This document shows positions 25,698 to 38,920 of a DNA stretch of 64,000 nucleotides, piece by piece (the first letter of the stretch is position 1; every line of letters begins with the position of its first letter). Under the pieces are notes generated by a model. The model worked only from the letters and a program-made list of their open reading frames with translations, had not been told where the DNA came from and did no database searches. This stretch comes from Octopus vulgaris (lineage: Eukaryota), in contig OX597822.1 in assembly GCA_951406725.2 (NCBI GenBank), positions 4,774,001-4,838,000 of the forward strand. The letters run 5' to 3'. Both the position numbers and the translations under genes were made by a program.

Positions 25698-25731
<34 letters not shown>

Positions 25732-26505
25732 TGTATATGCAAGTTTAATCAATCACTTCTGTATAAATGATAGCTGAAACACCTGGTCATGTAAGGAGTC
25801 AATAAACTGAACATATATATAGGTACACGAGCACAGACATACATGTGTTAAATGCAACAGTGCTGAAAGCATTCGCACAATATACCAATCAGAATATAAT
25901 GTCTACGAGAAACACAAAAGATGATCAATCTGCACCAACTTCACTTTATTTGTTCGTATTCTGATTGTTCCACAGCAGACTTACTAATTTTGTTCAAGCT
26001 ACATTTAACTAGTCACAATTAATTATAATTATATCAGCTAAACAAATTATTAATTAATTTTGGCTTCATGCACACCGTACATGCACATAGGCATTTGTAG
26101 AAATTGAGTCCTAAAGACTATTTTACCAAATTGGAAAGATAATGCCGGATTCATTTCCATAATTATTATACGTGTGTGTGTGTGAGCATTTGCATGCATG
26201 CGTGTCTTTTTGTGTGTGTGTGCACTTCCTATCACACAAATACGCAAACACACTCACAGAGATATCAGAGGGAATCCAGCACATTGGAGCTAAAGCATCG
26301 AAGCTAAAGTAGTTTGGCTTATGCTACCACAGATACAAAAGTGAATACATCTTTTCATTTGCTGACTCATCCATTCTCTGGCTCCGATTTTCTTTCTTGC
26401 AGACACACACACAAAAGGAATTTTGTAAATAATTGTAAAGGTAATGTATATCTATATATATACACACACATACATATATACATATTATATATATATGTAT
26501 ATATA

Positions 26506-27764
26506 TTGGGTCATCCCATAAATAATGTGGTGTTTTTAAACTTCTTTATTTTTCGAAATCAAGATAAAGTTCTTTTATAATCTAAAATATACTCTCCTTC
26601 ATTTTCTACAAACCTCTTCCATCGATCTGGAGGGCTTGCAAAGCCCCTCTTCCAAAATTAACCTGTCTGTGACAAAAAATACTCCTCCAGTACTGTTCTG
26701 ACCTTGTCTAAAGAATTCCTATTTTTCCAATTCAAATGATTTTGAAGACTGTGGAATAAATGATAATTAGATGGGGCAATGTCTGGTCAATATTGTGGGT
26801 GGGGCATCATTTCCCATTCAAACTGCTCCACCCTTTGGAATGTTATCCTTGCTGTATGTGGCTGAGCATTATCTTGATGGAAGAACACCTTTTGTCTTGA
26901 AACCAAAGATGGTCATTCCCCTTCTAGTGCTGACTTAAGCCATTCAAGCTGCTCACACTAGATCTCCTTTGTCAATGTTTGGTTTGGTTTTAAAATTTTA
27001 AAGCAGTCTAAACCTTTTCTTATACCACCAAACGGATAACACTTTATGTGGGTGAAGACCTTCTTTAAACTGGGGTGCTGTTTTTTTCTCCTTTCCTTAC
27101 TCACTGTCTTCAGCGCTTGACATTTTTATAAAGAACCCATTTCTCGTCACCAGTCATTATTTGGTCCAAAACAAGATCATTCGTGAGATGTGACAGCAAA
27201 GAAGAGCACATATTCACTTTCTGCACATGATTAGACTTGGAAAATTTTTTAGGAACACATTGTCCCAATTTGCTGACTTTTCTGATACAGGAGTTGAATG
27301 ATCAAATCCAAGCTTCACTGCTAGTTCCTCAACAGTTACGATGGGATTTTTTTCCACCAAGATTTGCATGATGTCTTTGTTGAGCTCTGCAGATCTTCCA
27401 GGACAAGGCTTGTCTTCTAGGTTGTAGTTTCCAGCTCAGAATTTCTGCAATCACCATTGACACTGGCTTACGCTTATTGCTCAATCCCCATATACTGCAT
27501 TAATATTCCTCATACTTTACCTTGCCTTTATTGAACTCATAAAGCAAAATATGTTGAATATGTTCCTTTATCACTTCCATTGTAGCTTTGAAAAAATAAC
27601 TGCTAAAATTGAACTACACTCTTCAAAACTTGCACTAAGAATAAGGACAAGGTGAGATTACTACCAGCTTTTATAGCAAGTTGATGCAGGTAGTTTATCT
27701 CGTCCCCCTCTGACTTTTAATTCATGCAATTGAAAAAAAGCACATTATTTATGGGATGACCCAA
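26506..27764 (-). mobile_element. Full-length (1259 bp) mariner DNA transposon
   Basis: TIRs ttgggtcatcccataaataatgtg (from 26506) and cacattatttatgggatgacccaa (to 27764), each flanked by TA, within a TA-rich microsatellite. Confidence 0.95.
26565..27580 (-). pseudogene. mariner (D,D34D-type) transposase, disrupted by stops and frameshifts
   Basis: MEVIKEHIQHILLYEFNKG...NINAVYGD...LEDKPCPGRS; GDEKWVLYKN; GLHPHKVLSVWW; FHQDNAQPHTA; HPQY*PDIAPSNYHLFHSL; DRWKRFVENEGEYI. Confidence 0.92.
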
Positions 27765-27771
27765 TATATAC

Positions 27772-27810
<39 letters not shown>

Positions 27811-27812
<2 letters not shown>

Positions 27813-28010
27813 AAATGGATAAATGAATTATCTTGTTACGGATTATTCAAAAGATAACCGATACCTGGGTAGCAAAAATCACAACAGAAAAATCATGGTT
27901 GAGGTTACGACCATGGGGCATAAAATCCGTGCCTTAATGTGGAAATTTGAAGTTTATAATAAAAAGGAATTTTGTTAAATCTTCGTTCAGCTCCATTTCT
28001 TCCTACACTA
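27811..28010. other. ~200-bp unassigned insert flanked on both sides by (TA)n, with three local hairpins
   Basis: (TA)n at 27776-27810 and 28012-28035; stems ttatctt/aagataa, catggt/accatg, ggcat/gtgcc. Confidence 0.4.
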
Positions 28011-28011
28011 A

Positions 28012-28043
<32 letters not shown>

Positions 28044-28748
28044 TTCAGTACACTATTTCTGAAACATGTTGTCTCTTAACATTAATTAAAAAAACAAACA
28101 ACTAGACATAAAAGTAATTTATACAATAGAAGATAACATTGGTGTTTACATGATTGGAATGAGTTCAGTTAATCACTGGTATAGAGGCACGATATGTATT
28201 AGATGATGATATTGAGTTTTGTAATGTGTAGGACTAGCTGATGTTCAAACACAGTTTATTCAATCATCATATATCTTTAAAGTAAAACTAAATATATCCT
28301 CTTGTGGTTTTGAAGATGACTATTCTAGTTGTTTGATTAGCTGAACTCCTCAATCATTGAATTCCTATGTAAATGGAGTAAATGGCCAGGTATTCCACTA
28401 AGATTTGTGTAATAAGCACAATCCTACAACAGAGTCAGCATGTTCCTGTCTGTGACAAAGCTGATGATTTGAATAACAGATACAGTCCAGCCAGAGGGAT
28501 ATCACACAGTTTTATCATACCATTATAAAGTGGCTGAATATTTCATAGATACTTGTACTTTTGATCTAACCCTCCTCCCTATAAGTGGAATCAACATGGC
28601 ACAGTGTGTGATAAGGGTGAGCTTTTGAATTATAAGGGGAGTTCATCAACTGAATTTCCACACTGTTTCAATTTACCTTATTTCAATTTCAAACCTTTGT
28701 TGATTTGTGCTATAGCAGAAAATATTTGCCCACAGTTCCAAACATTAA

Positions 28749-28932
28749 CCCTTTTGTTACTAACCCGGCCTAAACCGGCTCTGGCTCTGTGGTAAAATGT
28801 CCTGCTTTCATAAGTTTTGAATTAAGATATTCCACCAAACCTTAGTCACAATTTACGTTCCTGACACTAGCTTAATGATAACTAAGTTATTTTACTAAAG
28901 AGCATCTCAAAATAAATACAGTAATGAAAGGG
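28749..28932. mobile_element. piggyBac-like MITE (TTAA TSD), family F
   Basis: TTAA|cccttttgttact ... agtaatgaaaggg|TTAA. Confidence 0.8.
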
Positions 28933-29006
28933 TTAAGGGTGAACCCAGAATCTCACCATTGCAAACCAAACTCCTTAAATATATGCCTATGTCTATTCCC
29001 ACCACC

Positions 29007-29236
29007 TTTAACCCTTTAGCATTTAAACTGACCAAATCCAACCAAAAGTATTCTACCTGTTTTATGTTCAAACTAGCCAGATCTGACCTCTCATACCAAC
29101 CCTACAATGTCATTCTAAAAATAAATAGACACTTCATCAAGATCTCAAAGGTACAATATAACGTATGATTGACTGAAAACAATGTAAATATAAAAGTTTT
29201 ACATTTGACAGAATAATCTTAACGTTAAGGGATTAA
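29007..29236. mobile_element. piggyBac-like MITE, family E, opposite orientation
   Basis: TTAAccctttagcatttaaac ... aacgttaagggaTTAA; reverse complement of the 31878 body. Confidence 0.8.
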
Positions 29237-30390
29237 TTGATACGATACGCACCCACATACACAACAATTAACACACATGTATGCTCGTAGAATGTAAACT
29301 TAAGTAGATGTACTCTGTTGGTTTTGATGATGAATTTTCCATGAACACAAGTACTCTTGATGTACTCTTCAATCAGAATCCATATAATACAGGGTGTGAC
29401 ATACCTGTCCCTTTGAATTACTCATGCAGTCAATCCAGCAGGTGATTACATACTTTGTGTCTACTCTATTTCACTCATGAGACTTGGGTTGAACCAAGGA
29501 CCTTTTAATTCCAAACCAATATTTTTAACAGCCTAACCAGGCTTGCATCGATTCATATGATATAACAAATAAAAAAACAATGAAGAAATATATGAATAAA
29601 TAAATACACAAAGAAAACAAATACCTATTAATTAATGGATATTCCTCAGGTGGAATGAACAAGTACAAAATCTAATTTTAATACAAAACTGACGGCATTT
29701 TAAACTGCTGGAAGTTTTTAATTTTCTCCTTTGCATTTCCTCATATTTTGTTTTATTGTTTCTTTTTCTTTTTTTTTATTATTATTATTCTAAAAGAAAA
29801 TTTTCTTTAATTCTCTCTCTCTCTCTCTCTTTATCTTGCAAAACTGTGCAAACATTCAACATTTTCAGTTGAGATTGGAATCAATGTCTCACAAAAATTA
29901 GAACAATATTAACAGCAGACATATTGGCAACTCTTTTCCTGAGATCGGTTTGGCTGCTCCAGGATGCAGGCAACATGGCATTTTAATAATCATATGGAAC
30001 TATGCTGAAGAACTCTAAGACTGCTGCCTCAATTTTCCCCTCAACAGCATGCATTCATCCTTGCATTGTTCTCTTAGATTATGTCTTTAACAATTCTTTT
30101 TATTTTTAATTAAAATAATGAGCATTAAGGAATTCATTTCTTCAATTATACCAGGGAATTTTTCTCTATTCTCAGGAAATAGTAAGAGCCCATTCAAAGC
30201 CATTATTCCAAATGAAACAGTGAAATGGGAATTAATTTCTAACTAAAGTAGAGTTCTGATTATTTGACCATATCATCCATTGCTCTAGTTTAACCAAAAT
30301 ACCCAGTTATAAGGAAATCTCACATAACTCAATACTGTTCCGGGTACATTCTCACATATGCTTATCTCCATACAGAAATGTATGTACACA

Positions 30391-30992
30391 CAGGTGCAAA
30401 CTTGGCTGTGTGGTTAAGCAGTTTGCTTCCCAACCACATGATTTTGAGTTTAGTCCCATTGTATGGCATCCCAGGCAAGTGTCTTTTATTACTGAAGCCC
30501 CAAATTGACAAAAGCTATGTGAGTGAATTTAGCTGCATGTGTGTGTGTGTGTGTGTCTCCAAGTTTAAACTTCCACACATCTGCAAGATATCTCTGTTGA
30601 GACATTTACAACCCCACCACACACATTCGCATGTACAAACAGAAAAGAAAGTACCCATACATGTAGAAATTATCTATTTGAAGTTGATCCACCCTATAGC
30701 TTCTCAGAGTTTCTCATTCCCTTGGATATGTGTGTGAGTCCGTGGTATTTGTGTTGCTTTGTCTTGACATCACATGATAGCTGTAGATGAGTGTCACTGT
30801 CATATAAGCAGTATCAATATTCTGCAAGAACATGCCTGGTTATGAGGAAATATCACCTTGCTTGAAAACAAGGGAGGGTTGGCAACAGGAAGGGCATCCA
30901 GCTGTAGAAAGTCTGCCTCAAATATATTCCTTCTTATTCATGCAAGTACAGAAATGTGGTTGTTAATAGATGATGATGGTGATGATGATGAT
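30391..30992 (+). mobile_element. Degenerate family B head (30391-30530) and family C-like tail with (GAT)n (30740-30992)
   Basis: ttggctgtgtggttaagc...ggcaagtgtc; gggttggcaacaggaagggcatccagctgtagaaa...gatgatg. Confidence 0.65.
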
Positions 30993-31459
30993 GAAGAATC
31001 TTATAAATGAAATTCTTTGCATTTTAGTATTTTTCTAGGTTGAACTTGAATATTGGAAATATCAAGTTGTGATATCTATTGACATCTACATCAGGTAAAT
31101 TTCTGCTCTTGGCTCTATTAACAATGGACTTAGACTTTTGTGGTGTGAGGATAAAATTGATCTCCTCATTAGCTGTATACCACAATATTCTCTGGAGGTC
31201 TGGAGTGGGAATAGTATGTTGGCTAGGGGAAGCTTGTGACTAATAGTAAATTCTAAAAGACGCAGGCTATAATCTATCTTCTCAACATTATTATTATTAT
31301 TATTATTATTTAAAACATTTTGATTCAATCCCATGCAGCTTAAAGTTTCATTGGCTTATCACAGAAACCTAGCTCATTGGGCCTGATGAGCTTGGCACCT
31401 TTAAGGAGCCTAGAAAATTTTAATTGTACAGGACCAAATCAAAATGCTTTAAACAGGCA

Positions 31460-31617
31460 ATGGCTAGTAAGAAGCTTGCCTCTCAACCACATTTGTCCGG
31501 GTTCAGTCCCACTGCATGACACCTAGGGCAAGTGTCTTCTACTACAGCCTCGGGCCACCAAAAGCCTTGTGAGTGAATTTAGTGGACAGAAACTGAAATA
31601 ATCCTGTCATATATGTG

Positions 31618-31654
<37 letters not shown>

Positions 31655-31860
31655 TTGTCTGTCCTCCGGTACGGCTTAACAGCTGGTGTTGGTGTCATTA
31701 TGCCCCTGTAACTTAGCAGTTTGACAAAAGGGACCGATAGAATAAGTACCAGGCTTAACAATAAATAAATACTGGGGTTAATACATTCAACAAAAGAAAT
31801 CTTCAAAGCAGTGCCCCAGCATGGCCACAGTCTAATGACTGAAACAAGTAAGAGACAAAA
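31460..31860 (+). mobile_element. Family B SINE
   Basis: gggttcagtcccactgcatgacacctagggcaagtgtcttctac...gactgaaacaagtaagag. Confidence 0.85.
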
Positions 31861-31877
31861 GATGTAACTCCTATTAA

Positions 31878-32096
31878 CCCTTTAGTGTTCTGATTATTCA
31901 ATCAAGCATAATGCCTATTGATTCCCATTTATTTGAATTAATCATGCATTATCTCATATCTTCAAGATCTTGATGGTGTAATTACCTAATGTAGAATAAC
32001 ATTGTAGGGTAGGTGTGAGAGCCTGGATCTGGTCAGTTTGAACATAAAACAGATTAGCTATTTTGGCCGGATATGGCCGGTTTAAATACTAAAGGG
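31878..32096. mobile_element. piggyBac-like MITE, family E, best-preserved copy (219 bp)
   Basis: TTAA(31874-77)|ccctttagt ... actaaaggg|TTAA(32097-100). Confidence 0.85.
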
Positions 32097-32399
32097 TTAA
32101 ATGTACTGGGTGCTTTTTTTTTGTTTGTCCATTCACTTGTGTGTGTGTGTGAGATCATCATCATCATCACTTAACATCCGTTTTCGTATATATATACATA
32201 CATACAGACAGACAGAGAGAAGTAGACAGAGACAGGCCGGTAGACAGATTGTGTTAGTTTGTTTGGTTGAAATTGTCAAGACAGAGATGGAACGGAGCTG
32301 ATATTTGTTACTTGTTTGATAGATACATTTAGAAATCATTTTCAAGGAAAATTTAGTCTTGTTGATCTAAAATTGTTGTGACAGTTTGCTCTGAGTGTT

Positions 32400-32800
32400 T
32401 GATTGTAGAATTGAAATATTTTAAGGAGAAAGCTGAACCGATGTCTCATCCTTGGCTGGGTTTTCAACTTGATACCATTTGATAATGACATTCAATATCG
32501 ATAGAATAGTCTCTGTGACACACATTGCACATAACGTAAATGCTAATTCATTCATGCTTCCTGAAGAAAGAAATAAAATCCAGCGACTTGTAAGTGATTC
32601 TGGTAGCCAAGACCAATCATACTGTTTATTTTTAGCACAATTGATCTTTGCAAGGCTTCAATTTCGATAATATCTTCTTTGATATAAGATGGACTGCAAA
32701 TAGCATCAATGTTCCGAGTAGGATCGAACCAAATGTAGACAAAATGGTTGATGATAACATCTTTCTCTCCTGATGGAAATGGCTTTAATCCCCCCAGCAT
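32400..32800 (-). mobile_element. Degenerate CR1/L2-like LINE ORF2 C-terminal fragment
   Basis: SPSYIKEDIIEIEALQRSIVLKINSMIGLGYQNHL resembles the CR1-group motif WSP..K.DI..LE.VQR.FT.KI.GM..L.Y.ERL. Confidence 0.6.
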
Positions 32801-32825
32801 TGTCTACTGAACTTCAATATAATTT

Positions 32826-32831
32826 TTTTAT

Positions 32832-32886
<55 letters not shown>
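32826..32886. repeat. (GA)n microsatellite
   Basis: Direct reading. Confidence 0.9.
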
Positions 32887-32888
<2 letters not shown>

Positions 32889-33691
32889 AGGGTTGTTTTC
32901 TTTGGTCACAGCTTCTAAATTAGATATGACTATTTTCGTTTTCAGTTACACTCACACACATTGTTGAAGTTAAGATATTGTTTACTTTTCTAATATCTAT
33001 CTCAATGTAAGAAATGAGTTGATATCATTTCAGAAAGGTTTCTCTACATGTACATGTACGTATCTATACACATGTGCACACAAACATAAACACTTTCTCT
33101 CACATATATACACACCCCGTCTTTCTCTCTCTCTCTCTTTCTCCCCCCTCTCTCTCCCATACACACACACCACATTAGATTGTATTTTGTTCCACTCATT
33201 TCAGATTTTAGCAACAGGATACATCCTCAGTTGCAGGTATCTTTTAACCACAATATATTCAATTGAAAACTATTCATCATGTATTGATTCTTTTTCTAAT
33301 ATTTCATTGAAAAATAGAATACATCATCATCATCATAACCAACATTCTTCTTCTTCTTCTTCTTCTTATTATTATTATTATCATTAGCATAATGTTTATT
33401 TTATATTTCATAAAAAAAAAACTAAATTTATGAAAACTAACTTTAAAAAATCATGAAGTGTAATCAAAATCGTTTGACCTTTACCATAATGAGAAAATAT
33501 AAAAAGTTAGAAGATCAGACTCCACAACCACAGCAATAAACCGGAATCACCAACCCAAGAATTTCTTTCAGTTAATCAAAAAGCTAATAAAGTTTTTATA
33601 TTGAGGGCTTAATACAGTGAATTAGAGATCATTGTATGAAAATAAATTTTACAAAAAACTTCTTCAAATTTCTTCTGATATTTGAGGAGGA

Positions 33692-33695
33692 CAAC

Positions 33696-33739
<44 letters not shown>

Positions 33740-33758
33740 TAATAATAATAACAATAAC

Positions 33759-33820
<62 letters not shown>

Positions 33821-33827
33821 TAATAAA

Positions 33828-33881
<54 letters not shown>
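33692..33881. repeat. Long (AAT)n microsatellite (~190 bp)
   Basis: Direct reading; source of the poly-N/poly-I/poly-Y ORFs. Confidence 0.95.
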
Positions 33882-33883
<2 letters not shown>

Positions 33884-34920
33884 ATGAATAAATGAAGAAA
33901 ATATTGTAAAAATGAAATGAGTTTAAAATATATCTGTATCAAAATAATGTTGAAAGGAAACTGAAAGTAGAAGTAGTAGCAGTGGAGGTGGTGGTGATAG
34001 TAGTAGTAGTAGTGTTATGGTGGCTATTGTTGTGGGTGTGGAGATTAGCATTTGCAGTTTGTCAATGTTGGCTGCAATGGCTTGCTATACTGACTGATTT
34101 GCTGTTGTTGTTGCTTAGCGCCATGTCAGCCCTCACCCTGCAAATTTTATTACCAAAGGCATTGATTATTAGCCCTGTCTTTCTTTAGGCACAACATACC
34201 AAGGATTACATAATTCAATGGTTTTAGAATGGTAGCATGAAATTTGATGAACGGTTAGGTGATATATAAAGCATGCCAAGCGACCACTCTGAGGACTCCC
34301 ACATTATCTCATTGTTACTGTTTATTAGGCAGCGAAATAGTGGTTAGCTGTGGCAATGGTATGAGGATTAATGGTAATGTTAGTAGCAGCTAGGTGTAAT
34401 GATGTTGATGGTAGCAGTGTCAATGGTCGTTAACAGTTAGTTATATAACTAAGTAGGTGAATGAGGGTGGATAGCTGATATTTGTGGCAGTAATAATGTA
34501 GTTTAGTATAAGTTAGTTAGTCAGCAGGGTTAATGTTTGTGATAGTTGTAGTAATTATTATTGAAGAGAAAATGTCTTTACAGTGTGTTGTCATCCAATT
34601 TTCCTTCTGTACCAATTCTCATGTGTGCAAGCATCTCAATTTGTATAGAAGCAATAAAAACAGTATGAATGGCCAGTTCAACTTCCAATTTCTTATTCCT
34701 TATAAATCTGAAGCTTCATGGTGTTGTAACAAATATTGTACCATTATTAAGATTAACAATGAAACTGAGCCTATAAGCATTAAAGTTTAATGTTTATGTA
34801 TGCGTACACATTTCAAGTTAGCTTCATTATTCTTACCTGAAAATTTGGCTTATAACATATTCTATAGTAATATACAGCTTTGTAATGTCATATACTAATT
34901 TTTCTATTTAAATCAAATAA

Positions 34921-35226
34921 TCATCATCATCGTTTAACGTCCACTTTCCATGCTAGCATGGGTTGGACGATTTGAGTGAGTACTGGCGAACCAGATGGCT
35001 GCACCAGGCTCCAATCTTGATCTGGCAGAGTTTAAACGGCTGGATGCCATTCCTAATGCCAACCACTCCAAGAGTGTAGTGGGTGCTTTTACGTGCCACT
35101 GACATGAGGGCCAGTCAGGCCGGTGGCACGTAAATGCACCCACTACACTCTTGGAGTGGTTGGCATTAGGAATGGCATCCAGCCGTTTAAACTCTGCCAG
35201 ATCAAGATTGGAGCCTGGTGCAGCCA
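34921..35226 (-). mobile_element. SINE family C with a fold-back inverted duplication
   Basis: (CAT)n tail at 34921; arms 34996-35099 and 35123-35226 are reverse complements with one mismatch in 104 bp. Confidence 0.92.
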
Positions 35227-35228
35227 CC

Positions 35229-35432
35229 TTTCTACTACAGGCACAAGGCCTCAAAATTTTTAGGGGAGGGAACTAGTTGATTATATTGACCCCAGTGTTT
35301 CACTGGTATTTAATTTATTGACCCCAAAAGGATGAAAGGCAAAGTCGACCTCGGCGGAATTTGAACTTAGAATGTAGCAACAGATGTAATACCGCAAAGC
35401 TTTTCGCCTAGCATACTAACGACTCTGCCAGC
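35229..35432 (-). mobile_element. tRNA SINE, family D (central gtcgactttgcctttcatccttt.ggggtc.ataaa domain, MetaSINE-like)
   Basis: gaccccaaaaggatgaaaggcaaagtcgacctcggcggaatttgaac; B box on the minus strand. Confidence 0.8.
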
Positions 35433-35793
35433 AATAATAACATATGCATATGTGTGTGTGTGTGCAACAAAGTGTTTTACAACATATCAGTACATTTCTA
35501 GCTTTGAGCACATATGAAGCTATACACAGCTATGAAAAGTGTTACTGCCACAAGTAGCTACTTAACTTGAGTTGTACAATTAGAAGCACGAATTTACACA
35601 GTTAAATATATAAAATATTTTATGTCAAAATAAGGGATAAACTTATAATTATAGATAGCATGTCTTTTTTAAAAGACTGTTGCAGATATGGTCATGTGGT
35701 TCAGAGTTTCAGTTGGTGACCACATGGTTCTACATTCAATTACACTTCCCAGAATTTGTAAGTGAGATTTAGTTGAGGACAACTGTGAAAAAT

Positions 35794-35828
<35 letters not shown>

Positions 35829-35840
35829 CAGCAATTATAT

Positions 35841-36394
35841 AGGCATACAGGAATGGTTACGTGGTTTGGAAGTTCACTTCCTAACCTTGTGATCTCAGGT
35901 TCAGTCCCACTCTAGGGCAACTTATGCAAGAATTTTCTAATAGGCACAGGCGTGGCTGTGTGATAAGGAGCTTGTTTTCCAACTGCATGGTTCTGGGTTC
36001 AGTCCCACTGTGTGACACCTTGGGCAAGTGTCTTCTACTATAACTTTGGGTTGACCAAAGCTTTGTGAGGGGATTTGGTAGATGGAAACTGAAAGGGCCT
36101 GTTGTATATGTATATGTGTGTGTCTGTTTTTGTCCCCCTGCCATTGCTTGGCAACCAATACTGGTGTGTTTATATCCCCATAACTTAGCGGATCGGCAAA
36201 ATAGACTGATAGAATAAATACTAGGCTTACAAAGAATAAGCCCTAGGGTCGATTTCTGTGACTAAATCCATTTAAGGCAATGCTCCAGTATGGCCACACT
36301 CAATTGACTGAAACGAGTAAAAGAATAAAAGAATATAGCTGTGGACCGACTAAAACGTTCAATGGATTTGGTAGACAAAAGCTGAAAGAAGCCT
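35841..36394 (+). mobile_element. Family B SINE (35942-36334) nested inside an older family B copy
   Basis: The host head stops at gcaagaattttcta(atag) and resumes as (atag)ctgtggaccgac...gaaagaagcc after the inserted copy. Confidence 0.75.
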
Positions 36395-36526
36395 ATGTGT
36401 GTGTGTGTGTGTAGGAGAGAGAGAGAGAAAGAGAGAGAGAGAAAGAGGAAGAGAGAGAGAGAGAAAGAGGAAGAGAGAGAGAGAGAGACAGACAGAGAGG
36501 AAGAGAGAGAGAAAGAGAGAGAGAGA

Positions 36527-36578
<52 letters not shown>
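36395..36578. repeat. (TG)n + imperfect (GA)n microsatellite
   Basis: Direct reading. Confidence 0.92.
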
Positions 36579-36582
<4 letters not shown>

Positions 36583-38597
36583 GTGCCTGTCTGTGTTTGT
36601 GTAAGTGGCTTCATATTTCCCTTGTCTGCATGTAATGTGTGTTTACTCATTGATTGCAAACTAACAGTGTAATCTGCTTGAAAGTATATCTGGTCTTTAT
36701 GTTGTTTGATAGACTGGTAGATTATTGTCTCACTTGAAAACAAATGAAGTTCGTCACAGGAAGAGCAACCAGCTGTAAAAAAACTCAGTTCCACCTTACT
36801 CTCATATAACCCGTGTGAGCATGAAGAAATAGTTGTTAAAACGATGATAAAGATGATACTGAGGATGAATTGGGGTCCACTACCAATAGAACAGTGCATC
36901 AATCAAGAATAGCTTGTATTTATCATGTTTGAGTTTTGTTTATGCCAAGGTGGACTTTGCCGTTTGATCAATCAATTATGTACCAAACAAAGTACTGAGA
37001 TCAATATTATTTAGCTATAAACCTTTAAAAGTGATGCCCCAAGACTGTCATAGTCCAAATTAAAATCAGTAAAAGAAGAAAAGAAAAGAATTAAATCCTA
37101 ACAATCTTAGAATGGTTGCGTTCTAATATTAAGTAAACTGTTTCTATATGAAGTCTATTAATTAATAACTTAATCCTTATGCTATATTACTAATTATAGT
37201 AGGTGATTTAGTCATGATTAATTTGGTATATGAAACGATCTAACTAAATGACAGGTATATTGGTGTAGATAACTGACTGGACAGCATATCAGGTAACTAG
37301 TTGAAAGACTGGCAGTTTGTATCTTGTGTCTACAGTCAAGACTCTTGATTCAGAAAGTCTCAGTTCAGCTGTCTGAGAATAGGCATTCTATGACAGAAAC
37401 AGTTTTTTTTACTCAAAGCAGAGGCAACACCACAAAACTGACAAGTTATTTGTAAGCTTGCATTGCAGAGTTCATCTTCAGCTGTATGTGTGTAGAGAAA
37501 CCACTCCAATATCAAACAGAGTCTAGAGTCCCTGAAGGAACATCACAACCCATTTTTACCATTAACTTTTTAACGAGGGTTTTCATTATGAGCTATGATT
37601 GATTACTGCTATCTTGAAACATGAATACATAGGGCAGTTGCCCAAGGGCTCCATGGGTCAGGTCTAGGGACCCAACACTAACCAATGGATGATGTGGTGG
37701 CATATGAAAGGGCTCCAGTGCATTACTTTGTCAGTAGATTAGAGGGGTCTATAACTGGAGGGTACTAAGTTTTGGCTCTTCTTTTGTGTGAATATTAGTC
37801 TTCAATATAAACAAACATTTACTAAGATCTTGTGAAAATCTCAGGCACGAATAATAAGAATGTACCCCAACCTAGAGGGTACATCTTACTTACTAGACCT
37901 TTAAAAAACCAACTTCAAAATTTGCTTGAATTGTAAAAAAGAAAAGAAAAATCTAAAATATAAGTATTTCATAAATTTTATGATACAAATGTCTGTAATG
38001 TACTTATAAGGTACTTACTGAAGAAAGTTGGGTTAATGAAGAATTTTTTTCTTATATTACTGCACAATAATAATAATAACAGTTATAACTCTTGTAAGTT
38101 AAGATGTACTAAAGAGCAGTGGCTTCTAACCTGGATGGTTGCACTTTCTTGGGGTCATCATGAGCAAACAAGAGGAAAGAAATTATCAAAGTGGAACTAT
38201 AGGGGCTCTGGATGTGAAGAAGATAAGAAGGTATCATGATTTTTTAAATATAAAATATTTAAACCACATATAATACTTATATTTTAAACACTTTTATAAA
38301 CAAATTAAAAAGCTCATCTTTGGAAGGAAGTTGCTGTTGTTAGCATTTTCATTCCTTACACCTGGTGGAGAAAGTGGTCAGTTAACAATCACTAGCTAAA
38401 CAGGAAAGTAGATTACCACAACGTAAAAGGATAGACTTAAGATTCATTTAAATCAAACTTAATGCATTTAGATTAGTAGAATCACATGAAGCTCATGACA
38501 GCCATTAGTTTTCAATTATTAAATATTGATTTTGGAAGATGATGATTTGTTGCATATCTCAAATTATTTTCCATGTTTATTTTTAATTTTATCTTAA

Positions 38598-38793
38598 CCC
38601 TTTAACTGTGAAATTAAATTCCATGGTTATTCCAGTAATGATGTTAAATATCTACCAAAAATTAAAATCGGTATTTTCTGCGAGTCATGTTGCCTCAATA
38701 AACTTGACATATCTCAACAAAAAGTAGTTTCAAGCAGGACATTTCTCAACAAAAGATAGATTGATACCTAAAACTGCTTTCTGCAGTTAAGGG
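38598..38793. mobile_element. piggyBac-like MITE, third family (degenerate)
   Basis: TTAA|ccctttaactgtgaaa ... tttctgcagttaaggg|taa. Confidence 0.5.
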
Positions 38794-38876
38794 TAAGGAA
38801 ATTTCGAGTGGATATATCTGATTTCTGCAGTAAAGGGAGTCATTGAATACAAAATACTAATATATATGTGTGCTGG

Positions 38877-38877
<1 letters not shown>

Positions 38878-38920
<43 letters not shown>

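Noticed and set aside
33636-33942. Poly-N, poly-I and poly-Y ORFs
   Set aside because: Translations of (AAT)n; the same applies to the ORFs at 1016-1427, 4579-5079 and 41236-41622.
37630-38210. hAT-like MITE remnants (gggcagttgcccaagggctcc; cagtggcttctaacctgg)
   Set aside because: No paired TIRs or 8-bp TSD could be identified.
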